A DNA stretch of 64,000 nucleotides from a virus (taxonomy: Duplodnaviria; Caudoviricetes): the IMG/VR virus record IMGVR_UViG_3300020177_000966; one strand, given 5' to 3'. Positions 9,712-18,684 of this stretch are shown here, in pieces (the stretch's first letter is position 1; each line of letters opens with the position of its first letter). Under the pieces are notes generated by a model that saw only the letters and a program-made list of their open reading frames with translations, had not been told where the DNA came from and did not search any database. A program made the translations under genes and the position numbers.

Positions 9712-9737
9712 AAAAAAGGCCCCGAAGGGCCTTTTTT
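9712..9737 (-). terminator. Rho-independent terminator after the capsid gene (C-UUCG-G tetraloop)
   Basis: Minus strand reads AAAAAAGGCCC-TTCG-GGGCCTTTTTT; A/T tracts on both sides suggest it is bidirectional. Confidence 0.9.
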
Positions 9738-9757
9738 CGTTTTAGTAAGTTTTAAAC

Positions 9758-10921
9758 TTAGCTGAAGCTTACATTGGCAATACTGATTCTACCTAAGTAG
9801 TCAGCGGCATTACCAAGTGAAGAAGCAACGTTTGATAGCTCAACATATCCGTAACGTGTCATAAATGATACGACAGGCTCGAATGATGCTGGGTCTAACA
9901 CAACACCACTTGACATTAGAGGAATGTAAGGAGCGTAGAACGCTGGTGCGTCTGATTCGCTTGATCCTTTGTATCCAACTAGTACGTCAGTTGCGTCTGA
10001 TGCGTATGCATCAACGTAGACTTTCATCGCGCCGTTCAATGTACCAACCATCTTAGTGTTAGTTGGTGCTTCGAATGTACCTTCAGTTGTTCTTGCGAAC
10101 GCAGAAGTTGTTGCGGACTGTAGGATAGTCAATGCATATGGTGAAACCACTGCATAGTTACCTGCGCCACGACGTGTACGAGCGGCAATCTTGTTTGCAA
10201 CACGGTTGATCATAACAGCTAGTGCCGCATGCTCATCGCCAACGAAAGTGGCAGTACCACTTACAGATGACTGATCGTATTGTACGTCTGATTCAGCAGT
10301 TCCAGCTAGTGAACGTAAAGAAGCAAGTACTTCTTGATCGATTTCAGCTGTAATCTCCTGTGCAAGAGCTGCCATGATCTCAGCTTCGATGTCAATGCCT
10401 TGTTGGGCTTGTGCATCTTGAGCAGATTCAAAAGTCCAGCGAGCTGATAGCTTTCTGGTTTTTGCTTCTACTGTTTGCTTTAAGATCTGGATAGACATTC
10501 TCTTACCAGCGGCACCTTCAAGTGTTGCTGTTGCATCAGCTTTGTCGGTAGAACCGCCGCCACTGTAGCCAACACCAATTTTGAATGGTGATAGAGCTTC
10601 TTCACCAGCAGTTACATCATCAAATGAATCTGCGTAGCGTACTCTTAGTGTGTGGATTTGACCCACTGGACCTGTCATGGGCTGTACACCAACTAATTCG
10701 TTGGCGATAACAGTTGGCATAACTCGTCTAATTACCGGAAGGATAACTCTGTTTAGTGTAGCAACATTACCTGCAGAAGTTGCACCTGCTGTCGCATTCT
10801 CTGCCAAATACCTTTTAGTATTTTCTAGAGTAACACCCATTACAGCTTTCTTGTTGCCTTCAAGGCCTTCAAGAAGTGCATTTTTGGTATCCTGCCAGCG
10901 ACTCTCAAATAGTTCTGACAT
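9758..10921 (-). CDS. gp23: Major capsid protein, T4 gp23 family
   Basis: Motifs ELVGVQPMTGPVGQIHTLRVRY, VEAKTRKLSARWTFE, AEIMAALAQEITAEIDQE, FYAPYIPL and MTRYG. Confidence 0.95.
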   Translation of the reverse strand: MSELFESRWQDTKNALLEGLEGNKKAVMGVTLENTKRYLAENATAGATSAGNVATLNRVILPVIRRVMPTVIANELVGVQPMTGPVGQIHTLRVRYADSFDDVTAGEEALSPFKIGVGYSGGGSTDKADATATLEGAAGKRMSIQILKQTVEAKTRKLSARWTFESAQDAQAQQGIDIEAEIMAALAQEITAEIDQEVLASLRSLAGTAESDVQYDQSSVSGTATFVGDEHAALAVMINRVANKIAARTRRGAGNYAVVSPYALTILQSATTSAFARTTEGTFEAPTNTKMVGTLNGAMKVYVDAYASDATDVLVGYKGSSESDAPAFYAPYIPLMSSGVVLDPASFEPVVSFMTRYGYVELSNVASSLGNAADYLGRISIANVSFS

Positions 10922-10931
10922 TATTTTCTCC

Positions 10932-12032
10932 TTATTTCAATCCTGCAAGTCTTTTGAGTTCAACAACGTTATTTGCTGAATCTACGCTTGCATTAGTGTC
11001 ATTATTTGTCTTATTGCCTGTAATATGTGTGCCTTCTGTAAGTGTTGCCTTGGTTTCCTTCACTGGTGTGTTCCCTGCGATAACGCTTGGCATGTACTTA
11101 TCGAAAGACTTGTGCAGTTTTTCGGTTTGTACAGATTCCAGTAAGTCTGACATGATTTCTCTTTGACCTTTGTTTAAAGGACCGAGTAATTCATTCATAA
11201 TTTCTTTACGCTGTGCAGTATTTTTAGCAACTTTAATTTCAGCGTCTTTGCTTTCTACTAGTTTTGCTTTTTCTGCTGCCTGCGCTTTAGCTTCGGCTAA
11301 TTGCTTATCTTTTAACTCAACTACTTTTAATAGTTTTGCAGTCTCAGACTTTTCATTTAAGTAACTTGATTGATATTCGCTAGCGAATGATTCAAACAAC
11401 TTACGACCAAAGTCATTTCTGCGAGCCGCATCAATGTCTTCTTTTAATTGACTAATTTCTGACTTTAGACCTTTGTCAACGGTTTCTGCGACAACATGTG
11501 TTGCGTCTTGGATAAACTTGGATTTAACCTTGGCTAGATGATCTTTAGCTTCACGTACTAAACGTACCTTTGTTTCAGCTAAATCTTTTTTATCTTCATA
11601 AAATTCTGCAATTTCTTTAGAAAGTGCATCAACAATAAAGTTCTCCAATGTATGGAACTTGTCAGCCATTAATTTCTGATCTTCGTGTAATTCGCCAATT
11701 TCTTTACCTAACTGCTGTACAACAAATTTTTGCATTAGGTTTGCGTTTTCACGCATTGCTACGGCATATTTTGCTCTTGCTTCAGCTAATTTTTGGCGAT
11801 CATCTTGGAACTCAGTAATTTCTTCGCTTAGTTTATCGGCAAGCATTGCGTCAATAGCTTCTACCATTGTTTGCTTGTCGTGCTCATACTTTTGAGCAAA
11901 CTCTTCGCGAAGTTCAGCTGTAGCTTGCATCTTATTCTCGCGAATTTTTGCATTCCATGCTTCTTCGATCTCTAGTTTGATGTCTTCTGAAACTACATTG
12001 TTTTCAAAGAGTGCTTTCAGTGCATCTAACAT
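10932..12032 (-). CDS. gp22: Prohead core scaffold protein, gp22-like
   Basis: Coiled-coil, E/K-rich, 366 aa, lying between protease and capsid as in T4. Confidence 0.8.
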   Translation of the reverse strand: MLDALKALFENNVVSEDIKLEIEEAWNAKIRENKMQATAELREEFAQKYEHDKQTMVEAIDAMLADKLSEEITEFQDDRQKLAEARAKYAVAMRENANLMQKFVVQQLGKEIGELHEDQKLMADKFHTLENFIVDALSKEIAEFYEDKKDLAETKVRLVREAKDHLAKVKSKFIQDATHVVAETVDKGLKSEISQLKEDIDAARRNDFGRKLFESFASEYQSSYLNEKSETAKLLKVVELKDKQLAEAKAQAAEKAKLVESKDAEIKVAKNTAQRKEIMNELLGPLNKGQREIMSDLLESVQTEKLHKSFDKYMPSVIAGNTPVKETKATLTEGTHITGNKTNNDTNASVDSANNVVELKRLAGLK

Positions 12033-12046
12033 TTGTTTCTCCTAGT

Positions 12047-12679
12047 CTATTTGAGTCCGCTGATAATGTTTATCAACGACTCCTTTAAATACTTCTGTGC
12101 CTTTTCATCGCCATTAAGTTCGCGAGCCAAATTGTATGCCTTATACCCACCACGAGTATTCATTAGGTGCTCGTAAATAGGCGTTGGATAAGCCCCAGGA
12201 GCACTTGGTTGGGCAACGGCATCGACAGTGATTATTTCAAATTCGCTGACTTCCCCGCTACCATCATCTTTTACATTACCCGATCCCCTTGATGAAACAC
12301 CTAGTTTTACACCATTTTGAATCATGGTTTGAACTAGTTGTCCCATCGGGGTTGGAATAATTTTTAGTTTTCCATAACCGTTTGGACCATCCATCCACAT
12401 TTCTGTGATCATATGGCTTACACGATCTAAGTTAATATTGAGTCCTTCAGGATGATCAACTTCGCCTAATACACTATACCCGCCTTGAATTTGATCGTTG
12501 AGCGTGTTGACAGCCCTACTGATCTCACTTACAGGATATACACGCTGGTTTGCGTTACGAACACCACCTTGAATGCAGATACCTTTTAAGTACAAGTCCT
12601 TACCACCTGCACTATTTTCAGTAGTCTCAACGACCATTTTAGCTTGGTCGAATGATAGTGTTTCGGTTAAGTTATGCAT
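12047..12679 (-). CDS. gp21: Prohead protease, gp21-like
   Basis: Motifs NANQRVYP, LGEVDHPE, RVSHMITEMW, LGVSSRGSG and DAVAQPSAPGA. Start placed at ATG 12679, 8 nt after GAGGA (track start is 12694). Confidence 0.92.
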   Translation of the reverse strand: MHNLTETLSFDQAKMVVETTENSAGGKDLYLKGICIQGGVRNANQRVYPVSEISRAVNTLNDQIQGGYSVLGEVDHPEGLNINLDRVSHMITEMWMDGPNGYGKLKIIPTPMGQLVQTMIQNGVKLGVSSRGSGNVKDDGSGEVSEFEIITVDAVAQPSAPGAYPTPIYEHLMNTRGGYKAYNLARELNGDEKAQKYLKESLINIISGLK

Positions 12680-12694
12680 CCCCATAATCCTCAA

Positions 12695-13606
12695 TTAAGA
12701 ACCAATAGTACTTTTACTATTTGTTCCAGTTTCGCCTGCGCCTTTTTTCTCTGCGCCGTGGCCTTTGGCATTTGACATTGCAGGTGCTTTTTTGTTACCA
12801 GATACATTAACTTGATTAAAGTCTTCTACATTTGGAGTACTTACGCTTCCACCTTTTTCTTCAGCTGAACCTTTAGCAATATTTGCAGTAGTTCCGCCCA
12901 TGTCGTTTTTGCCAGCAACTGGAGATTTTGCTTTGTTGTCTTCACCTTTTGGTGCGGCAACTTTTTCAACATACTCTCTCATTTGCTCTGCTTGTGATTT
13001 TTTACCTTCATAAGCTGGCATGCCAAGTGTTGAAGGGTCATATGACTCTTCTTCTGCTTCTTCATCACCTTCGTCGTCCATGTCCATTTCGTCGCCATCT
13101 TCGTCGCCTTCATCGTCCATGTCGCCTTCTTCTCCAGACATCATTTTTTCAAATTCTGCCTTTAGGTCATCAAGTGCATCTTCTAGGTCAACTACACGGT
13201 CTTCTAGCTCTTCTTCGCCTTCTTCACCTTCGTCGCCCATATCCATTACACCGTCTTCGTCGTCGCCATCGGCTTCAATGTCTTTTAACATGTCTGGGCC
13301 TGGCTCGCCGCCCATTGGGTCAGCTTCTGGTGTAAATTCGTCAAAGTTTTCATCGACTTCTTCGTCGTCTGATTCTTCTAAATCTTCGTCGTCTGTAGCT
13401 TCATCTACTTCTTCATCTGTAGCTTCATCTACTTCTTCATCTGTAGCTTCATCTACTTCTAGATCTTCTAGATCAGATTCGATCATTTTTTCGTAGATGC
13501 TACGTGATTTTTCAATCACAAATTCATGAAACAACTGATCAGCTCCATCGCGATCGTTGTTAACTAATTTTTCGAGCATTTGCTCTAGCTTTGTTGTGTC
13601 TGCCAT
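12695..13606 (-). CDS. Highly acidic prohead core/internal protein
   Basis: 303 aa, D/E-rich middle, directly upstream of the protease; AGGAG SD; late promoter GTAAATA upstream. Confidence 0.7.
   Translation of the reverse strand: MADTTKLEQMLEKLVNNDRDGADQLFHEFVIEKSRSIYEKMIESDLEDLEVDEATDEEVDEATDEEVDEATDDEDLEESDDEEVDENFDEFTPEADPMGGEPGPDMLKDIEADGDDEDGVMDMGDEGEEGEEELEDRVVDLEDALDDLKAEFEKMMSGEEGDMDDEGDEDGDEMDMDDEGDEEAEEESYDPSTLGMPAYEGKKSQAEQMREYVEKVAAPKGEDNKAKSPVAGKNDMGGTTANIAKGSAEEKGGSVSTPNVEDFNQVNVSGNKKAPAMSNAKGHGAEKKGAGETGTNSKSTIGS
13392..13460. repeat. 24-bp tandem repeat (about 2.9 copies) encoding VDEATDEE
   Basis: TCTGTAGCTTCATCTACTTCTTCA at 13392 and 13416, with a partial copy at 13440. 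Confidence 0.9.
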
Positions 13607-13716
13607 TGTTTTCTCCTATAATAAGTTTATTGGTAAGGCTGTCTACTATTATTTACACATACCTTAAAAAAGCGGTGGTAAATGGTGTCAAAACGACTCG
13701 TTTTGAAAAAAAGTGT

Positions 13717-14322
13717 TTAAAAATCGTAATATCTTTTAAATTCGCTTAAATTTATGTGTGACAAATTCTTACATTTTTTTAATTGTTTAGGTACAAAGTC
13801 GTCATTGTCTTCTCTAACTCTAATATATTGTGTACCTTGATGTGCGTCACATGTCGATGATGTTTGTCTCTCCCAATTGCCAAAATACGTAGCAGGATCA
13901 CCTTCACGTTTATAATTCTGTGTTCCTGCGTATAAATTATTTACCTTTGTACGCTGTCCATACTTATCAGGTGCTCCGTGAAAATCAAACCCTAATATGT
14001 ATATTGTATCATGTCCGTGTGTACTTGCAAGCCATAATGCTGTTGGACCACTACTCCATCCTTTACTAGGTTGAAAGAAATTAAATCCTTGCATTCCGTG
14101 AAATTGTTTATTAGGATTGGTCCAAACTTCGTGACTCATTTGCCATTTTTGTTGATTAATCTCTAAGATCATTTTAACATCAACTGCAACTAGATAGTCA
14201 GGTTCGTGCTTTCTAAAGACTGCATTACATGCGTACACTTTACCGTATTGTTTTAATGAATTTATATCAATGTCTCTACGACTTTCGCCGTTGCCAAGTA
14301 CGAATGCTACCGTCATTAACAA
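13717..14322 (-). CDS. Rossmann-like nucleotide-sugar transferase-like protein (Maf/MptE/GT29-like N-terminus)
   Basis: AFVLGNGESR...VYACNAVFR...DYLVAVD...GWSSGPTALWLA...IYILGFDF pattern. The start may be ATG 14316. Confidence 0.55.
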   Translation of the reverse strand: MLMTVAFVLGNGESRRDIDINSLKQYGKVYACNAVFRKHEPDYLVAVDVKMILEINQQKWQMSHEVWTNPNKQFHGMQGFNFFQPSKGWSSGPTALWLASTHGHDTIYILGFDFHGAPDKYGQRTKVNNLYAGTQNYKREGDPATYFGNWERQTSSTCDAHQGTQYIRVREDNDDFVPKQLKKCKNLSHINLSEFKRYYDF

Positions 14323-14328
14323 AAAGTC

Positions 14329-14568
14329 CTATATTTCAGGTTGTGCTTGTATTCCGTACATTTGACGTACGAAACCTAATTCTTTTTCTGTTTCTTCTAC
14401 ATGAAGTTCGGATGCTTTACGGGCTTTGTTAATTTGTCTTAGCGTAAGTCGAGTTTTACGTGTGTCGTCGCGCTTTACAATGCTATCGTCATCCGTAGCA
14501 TCATAACCTTTATCTTCAACAGGTTCAATAGTTTCTTTGTCAAAATAAAATAATTCACGTAATATCAT
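14329..14568 (-). CDS. Small conserved head-region protein
   Basis: 79 aa between the portal and prohead genes; ATAAATA 5 nt upstream of ATG and no SD. Confidence 0.7.
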   Translation of the reverse strand: MILRELFYFDKETIEPVEDKGYDATDDDSIVKRDDTRKTRLTLRQINKARKASELHVEETEKELGFVRQMYGIQAQPEI

Positions 14569-14576
14569 AATAGTAT

Positions 14577-16292
14577 TTATGCCTCTGGCGTAGGTTCTGG
14601 TGCTGGTGTAGTAGCACTTTCAGGACCTTCGTCGGTACCTGTTACTGTAGGTTCTTCTGCATCGTCTGCTGTATCAACTGCGCTTCCTAAATCACCTTCA
14701 ATACCTGCTCCACTAATTCCTGCTCCTCGCATTTCTGCACTTGCATCTGTTGGACTAACTACTAATTCGTCGTTTTCTTCTTTCCATAAACGTTCGTTTT
14801 CTGCAACTTCTGCATCGCTCATTCCTAAGAAACGCTTTAATGCATATCTATTACTAATAAACGGAATAGCTTGTATTTGTGCAAACGTACCAATCCTTTG
14901 ATTATCAAGTTCTGATTGTCTATAACTTGCAAAGTTTTGTGGTGGTTGAAACACAAGGTCAAACATCGCAACATCAATGTTAATTCCTTTTTCTACTAGA
15001 TAACGTTTAAATTCTAAATTAAAAACTTCTGTAACTAAATTTTGTAAACGCTCGCAATATTTGTTAAAACGCAATTCTTGAATATATGCTGTTCCAACTC
15101 TACCATCGTTAAATTGGCCTTGTCCTTCATCTTGTGCCGCACTTGGCAAATATGAACTTGGAATACGTAAACCTCTAATAAGTTTATTAGTAAAGTATTT
15201 TAAGTCGTCAATCTCACCAAGGTTTGTACCGCCTGGTAGTGTATCAACTTTAGATCCTCTACCTTCAGCAGTTTGTGGGAAGAAGTAATCTTCGTTGGTT
15301 GACAGAGGATTATAAGCTGAGTCTATGACATTAGTTCCGCCTCCTGTCTTCGATGGGATCCTTCTTTGATGGATTTCCGTTTTTACACGCTCCACAAATT
15401 GCATAGCAAGGTGTGAAGGCATGTTACCCACATCAACATAAAATACTCTTCTTTCTGGAGCTCTTTGTACGCGATAGATAATAATCGCATCTTCAAGCAA
15501 TTCTTTTTGTTTATAAACTTTAAAAATAGTTTCTAATAGACTGTTACCAAATGGAGCGTTATTATCTAAGCCTTCACTTAGACTTAAATGTACCATATGT
15601 TCAGCATCAACAGCAAATTCTTTTTGTTTATCGTGACCAAATCTTGAACTTGAACTCTGTGTTGATGTGTTACCAACCATTCCTCTAACACCGCCAGTTA
15701 AATAGCCGTCACCGCCTCCAGTTACGTTGCCGTTAGTTGTATAAGGTGTAGTTGCTACTTTATCAACAAAATTTAAGTTAATGTCTTTTACAATATATTG
15801 CTCAGGAGTTTTTCCTGTGCTTTCGTTAACAATGATACTTGAAACTTTTGCAGGATCAACGTGATGCCATTTTTTAGTTTCTGGATCTCTAATAAAAAAT
15901 GCATCACCAAATTTAAACACATTTCTAATAATACGAAACATTCTCGTATTAAAACTATTAAGTCTAGTCCATTGTTGCAAGTAGTTTTCGAGTACTTTAA
16001 TTTCGCTATTAGTAGCTTTTTGTTTAAAGTCTAAACTAAAACTGGTTTTATTTTGTGGATTTTGCTGTGTACAAAATTCAGCAAGAATATCTAGTGCCGC
16101 ATTAACTTCACTATCCATATCCATAACATTATATTGTCCATAACGTTCTGCTCTATTTGGAGCTCCGCTATAGACATCAGGAAGGAAACTACTATAATTT
16201 GATTTTGCCGGTCCAGGCTGTCCACTACTTGCTGACGAGAATGGGCTTACATTACCAGTTTCTACCGGTGTAAAATATCTTTTCCAACTCAT
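14577..16292 (-). CDS. gp20: Portal vertex protein, gp20-like
   Basis: LLEDAIIIYRVQRAPERRVFYVDVGNMP, EDYFFPQTAEGRGSKVDTLPGG and LRIPSSYL are T4 gp20 hallmarks. Confidence 0.95.
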   Translation of the reverse strand: MSWKRYFTPVETGNVSPFSSASSGQPGPAKSNYSSFLPDVYSGAPNRAERYGQYNVMDMDSEVNAALDILAEFCTQQNPQNKTSFSLDFKQKATNSEIKVLENYLQQWTRLNSFNTRMFRIIRNVFKFGDAFFIRDPETKKWHHVDPAKVSSIIVNESTGKTPEQYIVKDINLNFVDKVATTPYTTNGNVTGGGDGYLTGGVRGMVGNTSTQSSSSRFGHDKQKEFAVDAEHMVHLSLSEGLDNNAPFGNSLLETIFKVYKQKELLEDAIIIYRVQRAPERRVFYVDVGNMPSHLAMQFVERVKTEIHQRRIPSKTGGGTNVIDSAYNPLSTNEDYFFPQTAEGRGSKVDTLPGGTNLGEIDDLKYFTNKLIRGLRIPSSYLPSAAQDEGQGQFNDGRVGTAYIQELRFNKYCERLQNLVTEVFNLEFKRYLVEKGINIDVAMFDLVFQPPQNFASYRQSELDNQRIGTFAQIQAIPFISNRYALKRFLGMSDAEVAENERLWKEENDELVVSPTDASAEMRGAGISGAGIEGDLGSAVDTADDAEEPTVTGTDEGPESATTPAPEPTPEA

Positions 16293-16304
16293 TTATTTGT
16301 TTCC

Positions 16305-18608
16305 TTAACCATATAAGTTACCGTCCATTCTCTGCAATAGTCTATTTTGCTGTTCTAATAATGCTACCATCCTTGCAGTATTAGTATTTAAGTCACTTAC
16401 AGGATTATTAGATGGAGATGTGGCATTGGTAGCAGTTCGCATTGCTGGATCATTAGTTGGTGAAGGAGCAGAACTTGACGATGTGTCAGCTTCTGGTATT
16501 GCACTACTAGGACTAGGTGAGGGTGATCCACTAGGATTAGAAGAAGGCCCACCAAACCAGCTGTCTGGTAACCAACGTTTTGCCCAGTCTGGTATTACAG
16601 AACTTATCATTCCACCAAAATCAAAATCAAACAACCCTGTAATCCAGTTATAAACACCTCTAACAGCATTTCCTAATGCTGTACCAATGTTTTCAATAGT
16701 AAATGTACTTCGTATATTTTCCCAAGTAAACATTTCTACAAACTTGTTTTTCCAATCAACTAAAGTATCAATAACTGATTGTTTTAAATCTTCATAAGTA
16801 GGTCCAATTTGATCCCATCCTAACATAGATACAACGCCTGTAAATATTGCCGAAAGGGCACTTTTTGCACCATCAACAATACTTTGCCATATTTCTGCTC
16901 TACCTTCAGCACTTGTTAAGTTTTCAAAGAATCCCATAATCGATGGCTTCCACGAATCCCATAGCTCTGTTAATCCAGTTATGGCATTTTGCATCATAGT
17001 ATAACCTTCGCCTGAACTTAACCAATTCCATGCTTCTGTCATTTTAGTAAATGCACTGTCCATTAGTTCAACGCCGTCAGTCTTTAACCAGTTCCATGCT
17101 GATTCCATACTCTCTTGTAACATATTTAGGCCGTCAGTTTTAAGCCAAGTCCACATATCGTCTAGTGCAGGAAAAATATTAGACATAAAAAAGCCCTTCA
17201 TATCATCATACATACTGTTAGCTTCGCCGATAGAAGGAATTATACTTGCTAGGCCGTTTTTAAGATCTTGGAAGATATTACTGTCTAATAGATCAACTTG
17301 AAGTCTTCCTCTTACATCGTTAATAGTTTCAGCAAAAGTTGCAACAGCCGCAGTAGCATCGTCTCGTGCTTGCTGTTCAGCTGATACTCCTCCTTCAACT
17401 GTTCCAGTTGCTCTACCAAGTGCACCTGTTAACTGAAATAGTTCTCCAACCGCAGTTCCGTTTGCAATAGAAGCTTGGACTGCGTTCTCGCCCATACTAT
17501 TGGCATAGTCCATACCTGATTGTCTAACACTAGCGGCAAAGTTAGTAAACTCTTCAGCAGTCATATTCTGAACGTCATTAATGCCATTTCGAAATGCTTC
17601 GTTGTTTGCCATCAACTGTCGTGTCAAAGGATCGTTTTCAACACCGTCAGCCATATCAAGAATGGCTGCTTCAAACGCTGGGCCGCCTACTTCAGCCGCT
17701 TGTTGTAATCTAAGAGCATATTCTTCTCCATATTTTGCAATTGCCATTTGGCGTCTAATGTCCATATTCTTTTGACGCATTTCTTCTTGAAGTTGCTCTC
17801 TAGATTTACCAGTAAGTTTGGATATTTTATCTAGTTCTAATGAATAGTTCTGTGATCCTTCAATAAGCTGGGCATTAGTCATAAACTGGCGACGCCCAGA
17901 AACTGTCATCATTTCATTGTATGCAATAAAGTTTTCATTTAATTCTTGCGAGGTAAATCCCATTGCCATTAAGCGAGGACCAATTCCGCCTTGACGCATT
18001 TCTTTTGACATAGAAGCAAAATTTCGAGCACCATCATTAACACTATTTCCAAAAAGTCTTAAACTTGATGATTGTGTTCGCAATAATTCAGCAAATTCTT
18101 CTTGTGGTATTGCCGCATTACCTGCGATGCGTGTAATTTCAAACATATTGTTGCCAAAACTTGCACCTGACTGAGATAACTCTCTAAATAAATTTATTTG
18201 TCCGTCGATTAATCCAGAAAATGCTGTTAATCCTGGAATAGGTAAATGTTGAGCAAAATCACTAAGTTGATTTCCGCCTTTTAATAATTCAAAGCCTAAT
18301 CCTACAGTAGAACCAACAACGGCGCCAATTGCGGCTGTAAAAGTATTCCATATACCTCCTACAAATCCGTCTAATTTTGCTCCAAAGCCTTCTACTTGAA
18401 CACCAGCTTCTTCACTAGCGTCACCGTGTTTTTTAACTTGTTTGGCAGCTTCTTCTGCATTAGTGCCAGTACCAGACATGCCGCCACCACCGTCCATGCC
18501 GTAAGATTTCCCACCTAATGTTTTAAGTATTTCACGTAAAGTAGCTTCTGAAGCCGCATTTTCTGCTGTAACTTCGCCTACTCCGGGGATATCAATTTTT
18601 ACTGCCAT
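16305..18608 (-). CDS. Tape-measure-like protein
   Basis: 767 aa, helical and A/G-rich, with Trp-periodic repeats (MWTWLKTDG...AWNWLKTDG...AWNWLSSG); adjacent to the hub chaperone gene. Confidence 0.7.
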   Translation of the reverse strand: MAVKIDIPGVGEVTAENAASEATLREILKTLGGKSYGMDGGGGMSGTGTNAEEAAKQVKKHGDASEEAGVQVEGFGAKLDGFVGGIWNTFTAAIGAVVGSTVGLGFELLKGGNQLSDFAQHLPIPGLTAFSGLIDGQINLFRELSQSGASFGNNMFEITRIAGNAAIPQEEFAELLRTQSSSLRLFGNSVNDGARNFASMSKEMRQGGIGPRLMAMGFTSQELNENFIAYNEMMTVSGRRQFMTNAQLIEGSQNYSLELDKISKLTGKSREQLQEEMRQKNMDIRRQMAIAKYGEEYALRLQQAAEVGGPAFEAAILDMADGVENDPLTRQLMANNEAFRNGINDVQNMTAEEFTNFAASVRQSGMDYANSMGENAVQASIANGTAVGELFQLTGALGRATGTVEGGVSAEQQARDDATAAVATFAETINDVRGRLQVDLLDSNIFQDLKNGLASIIPSIGEANSMYDDMKGFFMSNIFPALDDMWTWLKTDGLNMLQESMESAWNWLKTDGVELMDSAFTKMTEAWNWLSSGEGYTMMQNAITGLTELWDSWKPSIMGFFENLTSAEGRAEIWQSIVDGAKSALSAIFTGVVSMLGWDQIGPTYEDLKQSVIDTLVDWKNKFVEMFTWENIRSTFTIENIGTALGNAVRGVYNWITGLFDFDFGGMISSVIPDWAKRWLPDSWFGGPSSNPSGSPSPSPSSAIPEADTSSSSAPSPTNDPAMRTATNATSPSNNPVSDLNTNTARMVALLEQQNRLLQRMDGNLYG

Positions 18609-18632
18609 ATATTAAGTACTCACATAATAAGA

Positions 18633-18670
18633 AGCCATAAATAGTTTAACATGGCTATAACATTATTTAG
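18633..18670. promoter_or_regulatory. Divergent late promoter pair with an inverted repeat
   Basis: ATAAATA (+) at 18637-18643 and CTAAATA (-) at 18664-18670; AGCCAT/ATGGCT inverted repeat at 18633-18638 and 18651-18656. Confidence 0.6.
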
Positions 18671-18684
18671 CAGGAGTAATAAAC

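Noticed and set aside
13689-13712. Hairpin CAAAACG-ACT-CGTTTTG as a terminator for the minus-strand operon
   Set aside because: The T-tract lies 5' of the stem on the transcribed strand, so it does not fit an intrinsic terminator; function unclear.
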